NCBI GenBank assembly: GCA_964016885.1
Contig: OZ024740.1
Coordinates: 187,550,001 to 187,614,000 of the forward strand
DNA length: 64,000 bases
Source of the DNA: Eledone cirrhosa
Taxonomy: Eukaryota
Direction: 5' to 3'
Below the pieces are notes generated by a model, which saw only the letters and a program-made list of their open reading frames with translations, had not been told where the DNA came from and did no database searches. The translations under genes were made by a program, and so were the position numbers. This document shows positions 12,701 through 27,900 of the stretch, piece after piece; within the stretch, counting starts at the first letter, position 1; every line of letters starts with the position of its first letter.

Positions 12701-13156
12701 ACTCACTCCGACGTCGCCGTGAGCGTTATATTATCTGCATGATGTGGAAAATGTTCCATCATCACTGCCCAAATGATGTTGGCATCGCCTTCAAGATACA
12801 CCCAAGGCTTGGGCCCCGTGCTATCCGTCCCATTCAAAAATCTAAATCGCAACTCATAACAACAATACGGCACAATTATTTCAGCTCAATCGGCCCTGCT
12901 CTCTTCAACATCACACCAGGACACGTCAAAACAGAAACTGACCACACAAAATTCATGAAGTCTTTGGACAAATTCCTCCAAGTAATCCCGGACAAACCAC
13001 CCACACCCGGATATGTCTCCGCAAACAGTAATTCTCTTCTCGAATGGGCCATGGTGCCCAAATCCTGAATTGAAAGACTTCGCCAGGTGGTGCTATTAAG
13101 TTAGACATGGCCTGGGCCAATACTGGCCAAAACATTTCAAAGTTATTCAAAGTTAT
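9765..13156 (+). mobile_element. 5'-truncated CR1-group LINE (ORF1 tail with CCCH finger + disrupted APE-RT ORF2)
   Basis: ORF1 remnant [19 protein letters not shown] (~9790-9850). ORF2 follows. 3' end carries a short tandem CAAAGTTAT(T) repeat before the TA tract. Confidence 0.85.
10072..13068 (+). pseudogene. LINE ORF2 (AP endonuclease + reverse transcriptase), two frameshifts near 10310 and 10525
   Basis: APE motifs LLNAQG, LTETHL, RADR..GGTAIYV, GLYRPP, MGDFNLP, LDLIF, TDH. RT motifs NYRPISL, QHGFR, YLDFSKAFD, GVPQGTVLGP, FADD. CR1-like HLEYCCPLWSP. Confidence 0.9.
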
Positions 13157-13334
13157 ATATGTATATATATATATGTATATATGTATATATATATATATGT
13201 ATATATATGTATATATATATATATATATGTATATATATGTATATATATATATATGTATATATATATATGTATATATATATATGTATATATATATATGTAT
13301 ATATATATGTATATATATATGTATATATATGTAT

Positions 13335-13368
<34 letters not shown>

Positions 13369-13375
13369 GTATATG

Positions 13376-13408
<33 letters not shown>

Positions 13409-13428
13409 GTATATGTATATGTATATAT

Positions 13429-13778
13429 GGAGGCACATGGCTTAGTGGTTAGAGCATTGGCCTTGCAATCGAAAGGTTGTGAGTTCAATTCTCAGACCGA
13501 GTGATGTGTTGTTTCCTTGAGCAAGACACTTTATTTCACATTGCTCCAGTTTACTCAGCTGTAGAAATGAGATGATAGGGACTGGGGTCCCTATCATTCC
13601 ACTGCAAAGTGGACGTGTAGGTGCCACGGAAAAAAAGCACCCAGCACTCACTGTAAATGAGGTTGGTGTTAGGAAGGGCATCCAGCTGTAGAAATCAAGC
13701 CAGAATCAGTTCCCGTCCCACCCTTGCAAGCAGGGAAAAGCGGACGTAAAATGGAATGATGATGATGATGATGATGAT
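13429..13778 (+). mobile_element. tRNA-derived SINE family A (CORE/Meta-like centre, RTE-derived tail, (GAT)n end)
   Basis: A box TGGCTTAGTGG and B box GAGTTCAATTC. Five near-identical copies in the window. Confidence 0.9.
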
Positions 13779-14211
13779 ATATGTATATGTATTAGTATAT
13801 GTATATATATATATGTATATATATATATGTATATATATATATGTATATATATATATGTATATATGTATAGGTATATATGTATAGGTATATATGTATAGGT
13901 ATATATATATATATGTATATATATATATGTATAGGTATATATATATATATGTATATATATATATGTATAGGTATATATATGTATAGGTATATATATATAT
14001 ATGTATATATATATACATATATATGTATATATGTATATATATATATGTATATATTTATATGTATATATATATATGTATATATATGTATATATATGTATAT
14101 TTATATGTATATATATATATGTATATATATGTATATTTATATGTATATATATATATGTATATATATGTATATTTATATATGTATATATATGTATATATAT
14201 GTATATATGTA

Positions 14212-14242
<31 letters not shown>

Positions 14243-14353
14243 ATGTATATATATATATGTATATATATATATGTATATATATATATGTATATATATATAT
14301 GTATATATGTATATATATATATGTATATATATATATGTATATATATATATGTG

Positions 14354-14407
<54 letters not shown>

Positions 14408-14455
14408 TATATAAGTATATATGTATATATATACTTATATATGTATATATATACT

Positions 14456-14494
<39 letters not shown>

Positions 14495-14527
14495 GTTTAT
14501 ATATATGTATATATATATGTATATATG

Positions 14528-14576
<49 letters not shown>

Positions 14577-14694
14577 GTATATATATATGTATATGTATAT
14601 GTATATATATATATGTATATATGTATATGTATATGTGTACATGTATATGTATATATGTATATATATATATGTATATATATATGTATATGTATAT

Positions 14695-14728
<34 letters not shown>

Positions 14729-14821
14729 GTATATGTATATATATATATGTATATATATGTATATGTATATATGTATATGTATATATATATATATGTATAT
14801 ATATATGTATATATATATATG

Positions 14822-14852
<31 letters not shown>

Positions 14853-14866
14853 GTGTATATGTATAT

Positions 14867-14916
<50 letters not shown>

Positions 14917-14917
14917 G

Positions 14918-14949
<32 letters not shown>

Positions 14950-14964
14950 TGTGTATATGTATAT

Positions 14965-15038
<74 letters not shown>

Positions 15039-15322
15039 GTGTATATGTATATATATATATGTATATGTATATATATATATATGTATATATGTATATATAT
15101 ATATGTATATATATATGTATATATATCTATATGTATATATATATGTATATATATATGTATATATATATATGTATATATATATGTATATATGTATATGTAT
15201 ATATATATATGTATATATATATGTATATATATCTATATGTATATATATATATGTATATATATATGTATATATATATATGTATATATATATGTATATATGT
15301 ATATGTATATATATATATGTAT

Positions 15323-15378
<56 letters not shown>

Positions 15379-15451
15379 GTATATGTATATGTATATGTAT
15401 ATATATATGTATATGTATATGTATATATATATGTATATATATATGTATATG

Positions 15452-15482
<31 letters not shown>

Positions 15483-15726
15483 GTATATGTATATATATAT
15501 GTATATATATATGTATATATATATGTATATATATATGTATATATATATGTATATATATATGTATACATATATATGTATATATATATGTATACATATATAT
15601 GTATATATATATGTATATATATATGTATACATATATATATGTATACATATATATGTATATATATATGTATACATATTTATATATATGTATATATACTTAT
15701 ATATACATACTTATATATATATATAT
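13779..15726. repeat. ~2 kb (TA)n/(TATG) microsatellite
   Basis: Direct inspection. Confidence 0.97.
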
Positions 15727-15928
15727 AAACCTTTTTTTTTTTGACATTTTAGAAGCCTCAACAATGCAGATGGGTAAATCTCCGGGTAACAGAATCCGGT
15801 GGTGAAGAGAGGGAGGGATGTAAGGGAATGTAGAATGAGATGTCTAGTGTGTAGAGGAATGTAGGAAAGAGCGTATAAATTTAAAATAACAACACGACAT
15901 AGTGTTACCTTGGGACAGATTTAATTGT

Positions 15929-15962
15929 CCCTATATTTCGGATTCAAATCCTTCAACTGGGG
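15929..15962 (-). ncRNA. Degenerate or variant minimal hammerhead-like motif
   Basis: CCC-CAGUUGA-a-GGAU-uuga-AUCC-GAAA-UAUA|GGG. Geometry is right but the core has U4A and A6U changes. Confidence 0.4.
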
Positions 15963-16098
15963 CGTTTTCTGAAGGGGAACGTTATCTGTCGGAGAGGAAT
16001 GGTACACGGCCTCTGTTGTGCACTGTTTGTGAGTAACTAACCAAGAAGCTCACTCAGCTGGTGGAGGGGTGCTACACGCACTAAAAATGGATGGGTGC

Positions 16099-16165
16099 TT
16101 CAAGAACTATAAAGGATCTATGTTATACAAATATGTATAACATAGATCCTTTTTTAGTTCTTGAA
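16099..16165. repeat. Near-perfect 31-bp inverted repeat (4-nt loop)
   Basis: TTCAAGAACTATAAAGGATCTATGTTATACA-aata-TGTATAACATAGATCCTTTTTTAGTTCTTGAA. Confidence 0.85.
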
Positions 16166-17564
16166 TTATGCAAGATTCCAGACCACTGTATCTTTTGAAG
16201 TGAAATTGTTCACCTTCCCTTGTTAATATTATTAAAACCAAACTACTGTAACTGTAAATTGCTATAAACAATTTACCATATTAACGAGGGCGAAATTTAT
16301 ATCCTTGTTAACATTCAAGTGATTTGACTTTACAGCTTCTAAAAACAAGAGCTTTAGTGGTGTCTACAGCAATGTAAACCACTTTTATTATTTTTATCAA
16401 ATAGATTGTTATGGCACACAAGGGGGATTATTTCAGGTAAAACTGTTTAATTAAGTAATAAATATTTTATTTCATATAAATTTCTTATTTGTTGCATTCA
16501 TCTTCGAATGTCAAATTAGTTTCAATTTCACATTAATGCAATTCTGATGTATGATACTATAAAATATTCAGGCTATATCTTAAATTTACAATTTTTTTAG
16601 ATGATAATATTCCAAGATGCTTGTTACTAAGTTGTTTGTGATAAAATATCTTTTTATGGATGTAAGAAGTAAGTAAATCAATAAAGAGATATATCTGTCC
16701 AAATTTTGTGGGAGGTGTATGACAAAACCAATTCAATATGATTAAGATTGTTCATTTTTGATATTTCTTAAGGAAAATGTGTCATGATGAGTTTTGCTTT
16801 TAATTTATAGAATCCTTATATTTGATAGTGTTAGAATCATTGTGACATTGACATAGTGTAAGCATGTAAGCATACTGATATAAATGTATTCACATATTGG
16901 AGACATATCTGCACTTACTTATAAATAATGATGCACACATGCAATCAATATATATAAACTCAACTACACACATGCCACTATATGTAATATATGAATATGT
17001 ATCTAGAAACAATACAATAAATATGTAGAAAAAATCAGTTCTTACACCAGCAAACAATTAGAACTTGAGAACCAGATTATTTAATAAAGATTCATTTTAC
17101 ACATTTCTTAAAATTTATTCAACATGACAGGTGAAATCTAAGCTCTTTTTGGTGTTTAGTGAATATGTTTACAAACTATATATGTAAATATAACCACTAT
17201 ATGTATATGTGTGTTTATGTGTATGAGTTTTATGTAAATATATATACAGTAGAAGCCACATAATCAAGGATTATAATGTTATCAGTCGGGTATTAATATT
17301 GTAAGGTTTCCTCGAACAGTGATTATAACACAACTTCAACTGTGTGCATATGATTATATATATATATATATATTTATATATATGTATATATAAAATTACT
17401 TTATTAATACAGTTCCATTCAAATATTTCAATGTTGCATATTATACAACTTGCATATTTGTATCTCTTTGGAGCAAACACCAATAAAATAAGTTTATAGA
17501 TAACTTGATATGGTAATCAAATCATATTCCCACATCTTGTGCAACTAGTTGTTTGGGTGCCACT

Positions 17565-17735
17565 TTAGATGCTTTCCTAGTCAGCCATCACCACTGGTCT
17601 TTATTTGCCATTATGCGTAGAAGAGTCTCAGTGTTGTGATTAGTCCAGTCTTTGATAATGTTGGACCAGGATTTCTTCACCCTCCCTCAACTGTGCCCTG
17701 AATGATTCTTTTAGACAAAGAGTTGTGACAGGGTA
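17565..17735 (-). mobile_element. Old RTE-type LINE 3' fragment
   Basis: Minus-strand translation HNSLSKRIIQGTVEG...KKSWSNIIKDWT...LLRIMANKDQW, typical of an RTE C-terminus. Confidence 0.6.
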
Positions 17736-20700
17736 CAAGATATGGAGATATGTATGCATAAATGTTCATTTTTATAAATCAGAAGGAACTCTTGTTTAGA
17801 GCATGGCTTGTTAAAAATAGTTTGTACCAACTCCATTTCTAATGGATGCAATTTTATTGGAGCATAGAGTTATGACTCTTTATGTTCTAATTTCAAATCC
17901 CACCAAGGTTAGGTTTGCTTTTCATCCTTATGTGGGTCAATAAAATAAAGCACAAGTAATAGAAGCCCTTATATAAGTAGCTGAATTATTGGTTCATCCA
18001 GCAGTTCATGTAGGGGAGGAAAACATGAAAATATTTCATTACTTCTGTCCTATTGATTTGTATTGTGACAATCGATTACAACTCTTGTTCATGTTATATT
18101 TTATTTGACAATTAAAGGTTTAAGACTGTGTTATAAAGTTGCTGTTATAACCCCTTTTTCAAGTTCTCCATGCTGCTTGTTTATTGAGAATCAGATTTGA
18201 TTTTGTTTTAGTTTAATATGACTTTCACATTTCCTCTGCATTGCTTGTTTGTCATTTTATAAAAGATTTTATGATGTTACTTTCTATTATTTTACTATGT
18301 AGAATTTCTATATGTATTTTAGCAAAATGTTTGATTAGTACCCTATGGCTGAGAATTATTGTCACATATTGACTAAAACTTTTACAGATTTCACTAACGT
18401 AGGAAATATTACAATTTTGGAAATTATCTGTGCAATTAAATTCAATTATATTTACATTGTTTACTCTAATGTGAGACCAGAGTCGCCACTAGAAGATAGT
18501 ATCAGCAATGGAAAGACCAATGGAAACATTGTTTCCTTGGTCCGATTTAATGAGTTCCACTCCCAATTGGTTGATTGTTTACAAAAAATATATATAGATT
18601 TATTCATATTTGATAGGCAGAAACCATGATAGTGGGAATTGAAAGCGGCTTGTCTGAAGTTCAATTCACAATTTGATGTTTTGGGGTTTAGTAAATTATA
18701 TACAGTACATATCTTCTACAGTGGCCTTGGCTTGACCAATGCTTCGGGTGTGAACTTTTGGTGACTGAAAATGTGTATGTGTGTGTGTATGAGAGATTAT
18801 GATCTCATCAGACCAGAAAGTATCACATTATCATATTTCAATGTGGCCTTAAACAACCAAGAAGTATTGCTGCTGGTTTAAATCTACCAACTACTGTTGA
18901 TTCTCATGTACTGGAGCAATGTAAATAAAGTGTTCAACGACATACCATGTTTCCTTCCTTGTCTGGGAATTGAACTCATGACTTTACAATATTGAGACCA
19001 ACACCTTAACCTTTAGGCTGCACACCTTCACTAATTTTCAAGAAAGAGAGACTAATATTTCCGTAGATTCAAAGTGATATTTATTCTTTGTGAAACTTTT
19101 CTGATTAAAAAGTTATATAAACAATTTATTTTACTGTTTCTGTAATTTGAAACTTGGGGGTAAACTCCAAGTTCTTTGTAAAACAGAATATGTAATTGAA
19201 AGACTGGCTTCAGGTTCTTTCTTCTTCATCAGTTTCCGCTTAATCATGCCATTGTGCCAAGAGGTAACATCTATCTATATAGAAAATATTGAATATATAA
19301 ATACCCTGCAAGATTGGAATTGATAATATTTGGTATAGCATTTTCATATGTGAAATATTTCATCTGCAAGCATGATAGAATATTTCTATTTAATGATTAA
19401 ATATTTCAACAACTATTTTAAAAATCATTTTTCAAAGATGTTGGAATATATTACTTTGAAAACTGACAAATTTAAATCTTTATTTTCTTCAAATGAATTT
19501 AGTAGGAAGAAGGGAGACCTGAATCGTAAATAACATAAAAAATACATTACTGTTATGTTACTGCTTATTTTTATCTTTTTCTTACAAAACTTTAAGAAGA
19601 AATCAGGATTTATACATATCAAAATAATGATAAAGTGGAATTCAAATAACCAACAAAGTAAATTATTCAAAATGTATACATTCATAATTCTTGGACATAT
19701 GAAATATATCCACGATACCTTGTTATACACAGATCGTTGAAATTTGAATAAAATTATTAAAAGGTAACATTTAACTTGTCAAAATATCATCATAAACTTC
19801 TTTGAATTTAAAATTCTCAAATAAAAAAAATATAAATTAGGTCTTCTTGAAAATAGTATAAAACTTAGGAAAGTTTTTCTTTTTTATTTCTGTTTTGTTG
19901 TACATTCAATAACATGATTAACTGGTTAACTGAAATTTTCATAAGCTGTAACATCCAAACCATTTGCAATATCGCTACGATTTAAGAATGAATCAAAAAT
20001 AAATTAAGAATATATGAATATTTTCCCCAGTAAAATAATCTAAAATAAATAACTTGTATGTAAAAAGGAAAAGCTGGAAAACAGTTGAAAATGTTTTGAC
20101 ATTAAAGTAATCTGTTAATTTATGTTTTTAATAAAATCAAATCTGCACAATTAATGAGCTAGAACAATAACTATTTTACAGTACCTTAAACCATTCATTG
20201 TTGGATGAATGTAAAGAGAATAAAATTTTATAGAAAAGTTGAATCTTTTAAAATTGTGAGAGTGTTTGATTTAAAAAAAAAGCTTTTGTAAATAAATATT
20301 TGTTTGCATTTCATTTTATGTCAGAATAAAGGTATGTTAACTGTTCACTTTAAATGTCATTTCAACTAGTACGATTTCTTTTGGCAAATAAATTGCAGAG
20401 CTCAAATTTAGGCTTTTTGTTTTAGTAAAAATATATCAATATTGCTATTAATTAAAATCAAATTTCATTTCATTAATCCATAATCTATCAAGGAAAATGT
20501 CATAAGTTGGATACTTGCAGTTTCTTGTTAATCTTATATTGACTGAGGTGAAAAATTATTTTCTTTATTTGTAATTTCGATCACATGTAAATGAGAGAAA
20601 ATCTTTTCATTTAAAAGTTTCATACCGATTTCCAAAGTTAAAATAATGCCCAGTAAGAATTTATGTGAGGAAGTCTGGTACAATAAAACACACACACACA

Positions 20701-23700
20701 AACTCACACAAATAAGGAAAAATATGCATAACAGTTTCTTTAAATCATTTTTTATAGTTTGACATGGCATAACTCTCTATAATATTATTTGTATCTATAT
20801 AGTTGATCTTATCCGGAATGGTATTCAAAATGTGAGGTATTATAACTAAATAGTACAGCACATTTTGTATATCACCTCATTGATTCTGCCATCCATCATC
20901 TCCCTGAATATATATTGAATGATGATTTCTGTAAATTATTTATAAGTGAAATCATTCTGTTTCAGCAATGTAATTTCAAACTACTTATCAATTTTTAAAT
21001 GTTTTATAATTATCATAAACGTGTTTATCTTTATTTTTATATGGGCAAGGTTTATTTCATGTCTTGAACAGGATACAGTAAAAAGGTGATAAAATGCAGG
21101 CTGTTCACCTTAGTAGCAGTACATTACAACTCAATGAAATTTCAAAACAGATTTATAGGCTGCATTCTTACCTTAAAGCTATCATTTATTTTTTGGAATA
21201 GTGTTACAGCCCTCTATGTTCTGCGTTTAAATCTTGTCATGGTTAGCTTAATCTTTCATACTTATGGAGTTGATAAAATAAAGCACCAGTCACGCACTGG
21301 GGTTGATTTAATCGACTTTCCCCTCTTCTTCAAATTGCTGATCTTGTGCCTAATGTAGAAACAATTATTTACATCATTAACACTATCAGGAAGAATATTT
21401 AGACTTTTCCACAATGTTGAATCGAAACTTTAATAATTGTGGTTTTGTAAATCATAGTATTAATTGTCCCTTCTTTTAATGATAATGATTACTTGAGTGT
21501 GAGTTATGACGATTTGTGATTAATATTTCATGTTGTGAGTCACTCATTCTAAACATGGATTTGCAGAGCCCTAACGGAGACACCTTAAATATTTGGGGAG
21601 GCAGGTTTTCTAAATATTACATCATTTTAACAGAAAATATGTTTTTATCATACTGAGAGGGACATAAAATTTATTGGTGTTATGGTGGAGTATTGTGCAA
21701 AAACAGTTAAGAACCACCATGTAACCAGTTTCTATATAGTGACTGATTTCTGAAAGCAAAAGTGAAAACTTGAAATGGGTATATACACCTAGTATGATTG
21801 TATTAAAATACAACCATACCAAAGAAACACGAAGTTTGTCAATCTTTTACCTTAGGTTTTTTCTGCTACATGTGTGCACATATACACATCCCATGCATCA
21901 ATATTTTTCTCTTAACACATATAATTGCTTTCTTTCATAAACATTTTTCTATGCTTTTTTTAGACTAGCAAAAATAAATGTCCTTTAACGGTAACTAATA
22001 TAACACAGCCAATTTCACTATGGTTAATTTTGTTTTTCATGGTTCCAAACTCCAGAAAAAGAAATTTTAATTAGGGGGAACATCATCTTCAAACAACAAC
22101 AATGAAAGCCTTTATAGCCTAGAGGTATATATCGTAGGTATGGATAGACCAATATGCCATGGATGGACCAAAGATAAACTAAATAAAATATGAATCTTTG
22201 CTCAAGAGCTAGAATTATCACATTCTATTTCGGTTAGATACCGAAGTGCAGATAACTAAGAAAAAAAGGGTTTTAATTAAATTTGAAAGACTAGCAGTAT
22301 ATATCCTCTCTCTTGTGCTGCATTATGTTTATAGTTAATTCACAAATGATTTAATTTATCTAACTTTATCTATAGGTTAAATAAAACCATATTACTAGCA
22401 CTTAAACCATCCTAAATATGATGAATCTTTAGTTTGCTCACAATGATTAGTTCAATATTTCCTGTGCTCACAGCTTTGAGAGAAATGGGGTTTCTTTAAG
22501 CTAACTTGCTCTGTATATACTACACAATGTTAATGTTTTTAGTGATATCTGAATATTGTTTTATCACTTGGTCAGTGGGAAGTGTAGGAACTAAAATTCT
22601 TTTCAGGGGCTCTGAGACTAGCTGGAGTGAGGAAATTACCTTAAAACTTTAGATTTGACCCAATTACTTGCAACTCTGATAGACGTGCTCAATGGACAAG
22701 TAGTAGTGTTAAATTGTGCGATAGATAACCTCCTACTCAAAAAAACCATTGTAGGATTTGAAATCAGAATGCACAGAGCCAGAATAAGTCCTGCAAAGCA
22801 TTTCATCTGATTCTCTTACACGCTTGTTAATTCAATCCAGTGTGTGAGTATGCAAATATGCATTTATACAATTGCATATATGATCATGCCCACGGATATT
22901 GATATGTATTTTAAGGTATTATTTAAACATCAAATGTGATGTATTATTTTGTTTCTCTTTTAAAGTTATGAAATCTAAAAATAATTATATATAATATTGA
23001 CATTGAAGTCTTTAACTAGAAACCGAAAATGAAAGTTATGGAATTAAAGCAGCTAAATTACCCATGGGGTTTATTTTAAATTAGGCATTACATGCATGAA
23101 AACCATGTATGTGATAGAACATGATAGTTATGAAAAGTTGCATGTATATATTGATTATCAGTTCCATAAAATTAAATTCAATTTCCTCTTGGTAAGACAT
23201 TATATGTTTACTAAGAAGTTGCTCAATTAATAAAATGCTATTTATTTAGTTACACTTCTCTAACTTCAATAAAAAAAATTTGATCACTGCTATTGACATG
23301 GTATGGGTATTTACTTAGACATGCTAAATTAATTTTGAAACAAAGTTTATTTCTTGAAATACTAATTTCATTTCTTAATAGTTCTTTGAATTTGAGAAAT
23401 TATTACATTAAATGTACTTGCATCACTAGTTATTTAAACTTATTAATGTACTAGAAATTAATGGTAAGCCCTTGTACAATATTATTATTATTTTAGAAAC
23501 AAACTGTTTTAGTAGATGTACATTATAAAGCTGTTTATACAAAAATAAAACACTATTAAAGCAGTTTATACAAAAGTAAAACATTATTAAAGAGCCCAAA
23601 AATGTAAATGTAAAGAAGTAAAGGGGGAAAAAATCAAGCAATAACAGAAAGGGAGAGGTGAAAGGACAGACAGTACAACCCAGTCTGAGTGGTGCTTCAG

Positions 23701-24043
23701 CTAGACCAAATGGCAAAGGTATTACAGCATAAAATGGCCAGAGACACCTGCTGCAACAGACAATCCACATTATGAGCTGCTCTTTCCGATTTCACATTGA
23801 TTAGGAAAGAATAAAAATTAAAAAAGCAGAAGTAGGGATTTTGTTTAATTACAGTTGTTAACACTTCCCAGTAGTCAAAGCAAAATTACCTTCTAGAAAT
23901 AAGTATTTGTGCATTATTGAGTATGCATTGCATTACTTCACTAATTATGCTGAGCAATGATATCAATCAGTAGTTAGATTATCTAAATTTCGTATTGATT
24001 ATAGACGTTCCACTATTTTGGAAATGTGCTAGTAATAAGCATA

Positions 24044-24471
24044 TCTGTATTTATATAAAGACGAAGTTTTCTGTATGTGTATGTGTGTGTGGACAATTTT
24101 TAATGAGGGCTCATATATTCTAAACCATTCATGCGATTTCCTTGAAATTTTTTACGGAGCTTCTCCTTGTAAAAAGCTGAAGATGATCTACAAAGGCTTT
24201 CAAAAATCGATATTGGGGCCTTTGGAGACATTAAAAAAGTTTCGGTTATTTCTGTCAATTTTCGGGATTGAGTAAGACAAAAGTTATCTTTCGTAATTCG
24301 GCTCATTCGGATTTTAATTTACATATTAATTATTTTGCTGGAATAGTGCCTAAGGTTTTCATGTTTGCATAAAGTACGTTTTTCTTCTATGTATTCAAAT
24401 TTACTTTGTTTAGTTTAATGAGCTACATCGAAAGCTACTTGAATCGTCCAAATGACGGGTAGTTTAGCTAG
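24044..24471 (+). mobile_element. Non-autonomous Helitron
   Basis: A|TC 5' end, subterminal hairpin CGTC-caaat-GACG, 3' CTAG|T, no TSD. Confidence 0.65.
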
Positions 24472-24626
24472 TATATATGTATGTATATATATGTGTGTGT
24501 ATATGTGTGTGTATATATGTGTATGTATGTATATATATATATATATATATGTACATACACATTTATATACATATATATATATATATATATATGTACATAC
24601 ACATATATACACATACATATACACAC

Positions 24627-24659
<33 letters not shown>

Positions 24660-24674
24660 CTAGCTAAACTACAT

Positions 24675-24712
<38 letters not shown>

Positions 24713-24743
24713 TTATATATATATATGTACATACACATATATT

Positions 24744-24792
<49 letters not shown>

Positions 24793-24825
24793 ATGTGTAC
24801 ATACACATATATATATATATGTACA

Positions 24826-24918
24826 TGATGGCTGCCCCCTCGTTATCGAGTATGGCCATTGCACGAGGAGAAAAAAAAAATTAATAAATAAATAATAAAG
24901 AAAATAAAAAAAGAAAAA

Positions 24919-24949
<31 letters not shown>

Positions 24950-27900
24950 CACACATACATACACATATACACACACACATACATTAATAACAATAATAAT
25001 AATAATAATAACAACAATAATAATAACGACAACAACACTAATAATATACATATACATATATATATATACACATACGCGCACACACATAAGCATATATATA
25101 CACACACACACACACACACGATAGCAACTAACAGCGCTGCGACCGAATGGCTTTTTAGCCCAGCCAATGATCTAAAATGTCTTGCACAGAGTCGGCAACC
25201 AAAACATTCACTGGGAATAGTCGGCTGGTTCGTGTACTTTTGCATGTCGCTTGAGCCCTCCTGCTAATTTACATTCTCTACCACATGTTTGGCAAGCATG
25301 ATGAGTAGCATCTCCAATAGCAGCCTGGTATTCAACCACTGGTCTTACTTTATGACTGCGAAGATGACTTTCGAGTCCAGCTTTGCTTAGGCAGAGTCTC
25401 GCACAGACGCTGCATGTCAGCACCATAGGAGGACCCTCGCCGTCTGGAAGTGCAACAGCAATGCCCTTCCTCACATCCCGCTTTACTTTCTCGTATGCGA
25501 TTCGAGATGCCTCAAAGGCAACTTTTCCCTCATATACAGTCTTTCTCCATTTATTACTATCAGCAGCAATATTTTCCCATGTATCAGCAGAGATGTTAGC
25601 GTCTTTCAGAGAGGCTTTCAAGGAATCCTTATACTTCTTTTTTGGTTTATGTGGCGGTCGTTTTCCTTTAACCAACACTCCATAAAAGAGTTGTTTTGGT
25701 ATTCTAGAATCCTTCATCCTGGCAAGGTGACCACTCCAACGGAGTCGTTGCTTAAGCACAAGAGCTTCTATACTGTCACACATAGAGCTTTCCAAAATCT
25801 CGAAATCACTGATGTGGTCCCTCCAGTGAACGCCATGGATCCGTCTGAGATACATCTGATGGAAACGCTCCAATTGTTTAAGGTGGTGTCGATATGTGAC
25901 CCAGGTCTCGCAGGCATAAAGAAGACAAGAGAGCACACATGCCTTGTACACCTTTACCTTTGTCCTCCTGCATATGTCTCGCCGACCCCAGAGTCGCCTT
26001 TCTAGCTTTCCGAAAGCATCACTTGCTTTCCTAATCCTAAGTGAGATTTCACTGTCAAGATTGCTGTATCGATCGACAGTGCTTCCCAGGTAGACAAACT
26101 GATCAACCATTCCAAGTCGTTTGCCATACGCATAGATGTTTGGTTCAGTGTACTGCTTACCAGGGGCAGGTTGGTACATGACGACGGTTTTCTTGAGACT
26201 GACAGTCAATCCTAGGGCAGTGCAAGCGTCAGAAAATGCATTCAAAATGTGCTGCATATCACTCTCTGTGGGCGCTACAAGATTGCAATCATCTGCATAC
26301 AAGAGGTCTCTTATGACTGATGTAAATACTTTTGTGTTCGCAGCAAAGCGCCTGATGTTAAAAATGCTGCCTGAGGTTCGATATCGGATGTAAACACCAT
26401 GCTCGCAATTCCTGAATGCAATACAGAAAACCATTGCAAAGTATATGGCAAACAGGGTCGGTGCTGGAATATCCTCCTGTTTCACTCCATTTTTTACTGA
26501 GATAGGCTCCGACATGTTACCTCCGACATTAACCCAAGCCTTCATGTCGTCATGGAAAGACCTAACTAAAGCAAGGAACTTATCAGGGCAACCAGGTTTC
26601 TGGAGAACCTTCCATAATGCATCTCTGTTAACAGTATTGAAAGCTTTTGTCAGATCGACAACAACCTGATACAGATCCAAACCTTGTTCCATGCACTTCT
26701 CCTGGAGCTGTCTAGCTGAGAAGATCATATCAGTAGTGCCGCGTCCATAACGAAAACCAGATTGACTTTCAGGAAGAACACAATCTGCAATGTGTGTCAG
26801 CAGACGGTCCAGAAGCACCCTACATAAAACTTTCCCTACGACAGAAAGCAATGATATACCTCTGTAGTACCCACAATCATTCCTGTTACCCTTTCCCCTG
26901 TACAAGACCACCATTACTGCATCACTCCAGTCCTCAGGTACGGATTCATTAGCCCATATCCTGCCAAATAAAGAGTGAAGATGTTGCAGGAGTCTCTCAC
27001 CACCATATTGTAGGAGCTCAGCATGTATGCCATCCATACCTGGAAATCTTCCACTGTTCAGCTTCGAAATAGCCACTGCAACCTCCACAAGCGTCGGGGG
27101 TTCTGCGAGAGCTACTTTCACAGGACTTTCTGGAATGAGATTGAGGAAATCTTCACTGACGACAGACGGCTGATTCAAAAGATCATCAAAGTGCTCTCGC
27201 CACCTTCGTAGAATTCCTTGTGAGTCACGAAGAAGTTCTTTGCCATCCTTGCTGCGAAGCGGTGTCACCAGAGAAGAAGACGGTCCATAAACCTCACGCA
27301 AGAGACTGTACAACAGCTTTGTGTTATTGGAATCTGACGCAGTTTGTATCTCACCAGCCTTCTCACTCCACCACTGATCCTTCATCTGAGAAAGACTCCG
27401 CCTAACACGTGATTTTACATCCCTGAGTTCCTCATGCAACGTATTCCTCTTCTGTGGTTTTGCCGTCAAGTAGCGTGATAGAGCACGCCTCTTATCCGCC
27501 AACAAGTCTTCTATATGTACATCATTCTCATTAAACGAGTCCTGATGTTTTCTCTGCACCAATCCTAGAACACGCCTGCCTACATCATAAACCGACTTGT
27601 TAAGGGTCGACCAAGATCTGAAGCCTGCATCTCTTCTTCCAATGTCCTCTTCACATATTTATACCTTAAGACGAGCAGCATTCAATCTTTTGGGCAGGGT
27701 GACACCAGGAGCCCGGATTTTACGTTTAGTGATTAGTTTCACTTTTGCGCGTACCAGGCGGTGGTCAGTCCAGCACTCAGCTCCACGAAGAGCACGAACA
27801 CACTGCACATCCTGACTTGGACGTAGTCCAAAAGATGCCATTCCTTAGATGCAGGATGCATCCAAGTGGTCTTGAATCTGTTCTTTTGTTGGAACATGGT

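Noticed and set aside
13429-13500. tRNA gene
   Set aside because: A and B boxes are present but there is no full cloverleaf or acceptor stem; it is a SINE head.
18345-18629. 94-aa ORF
   Set aside because: No motif and AT-rich composition; consistent with a chance ORF.
23426-23790. Possible host exon (114-aa minus ORF)
   Set aside because: No recognisable domain or convincing splice sites.
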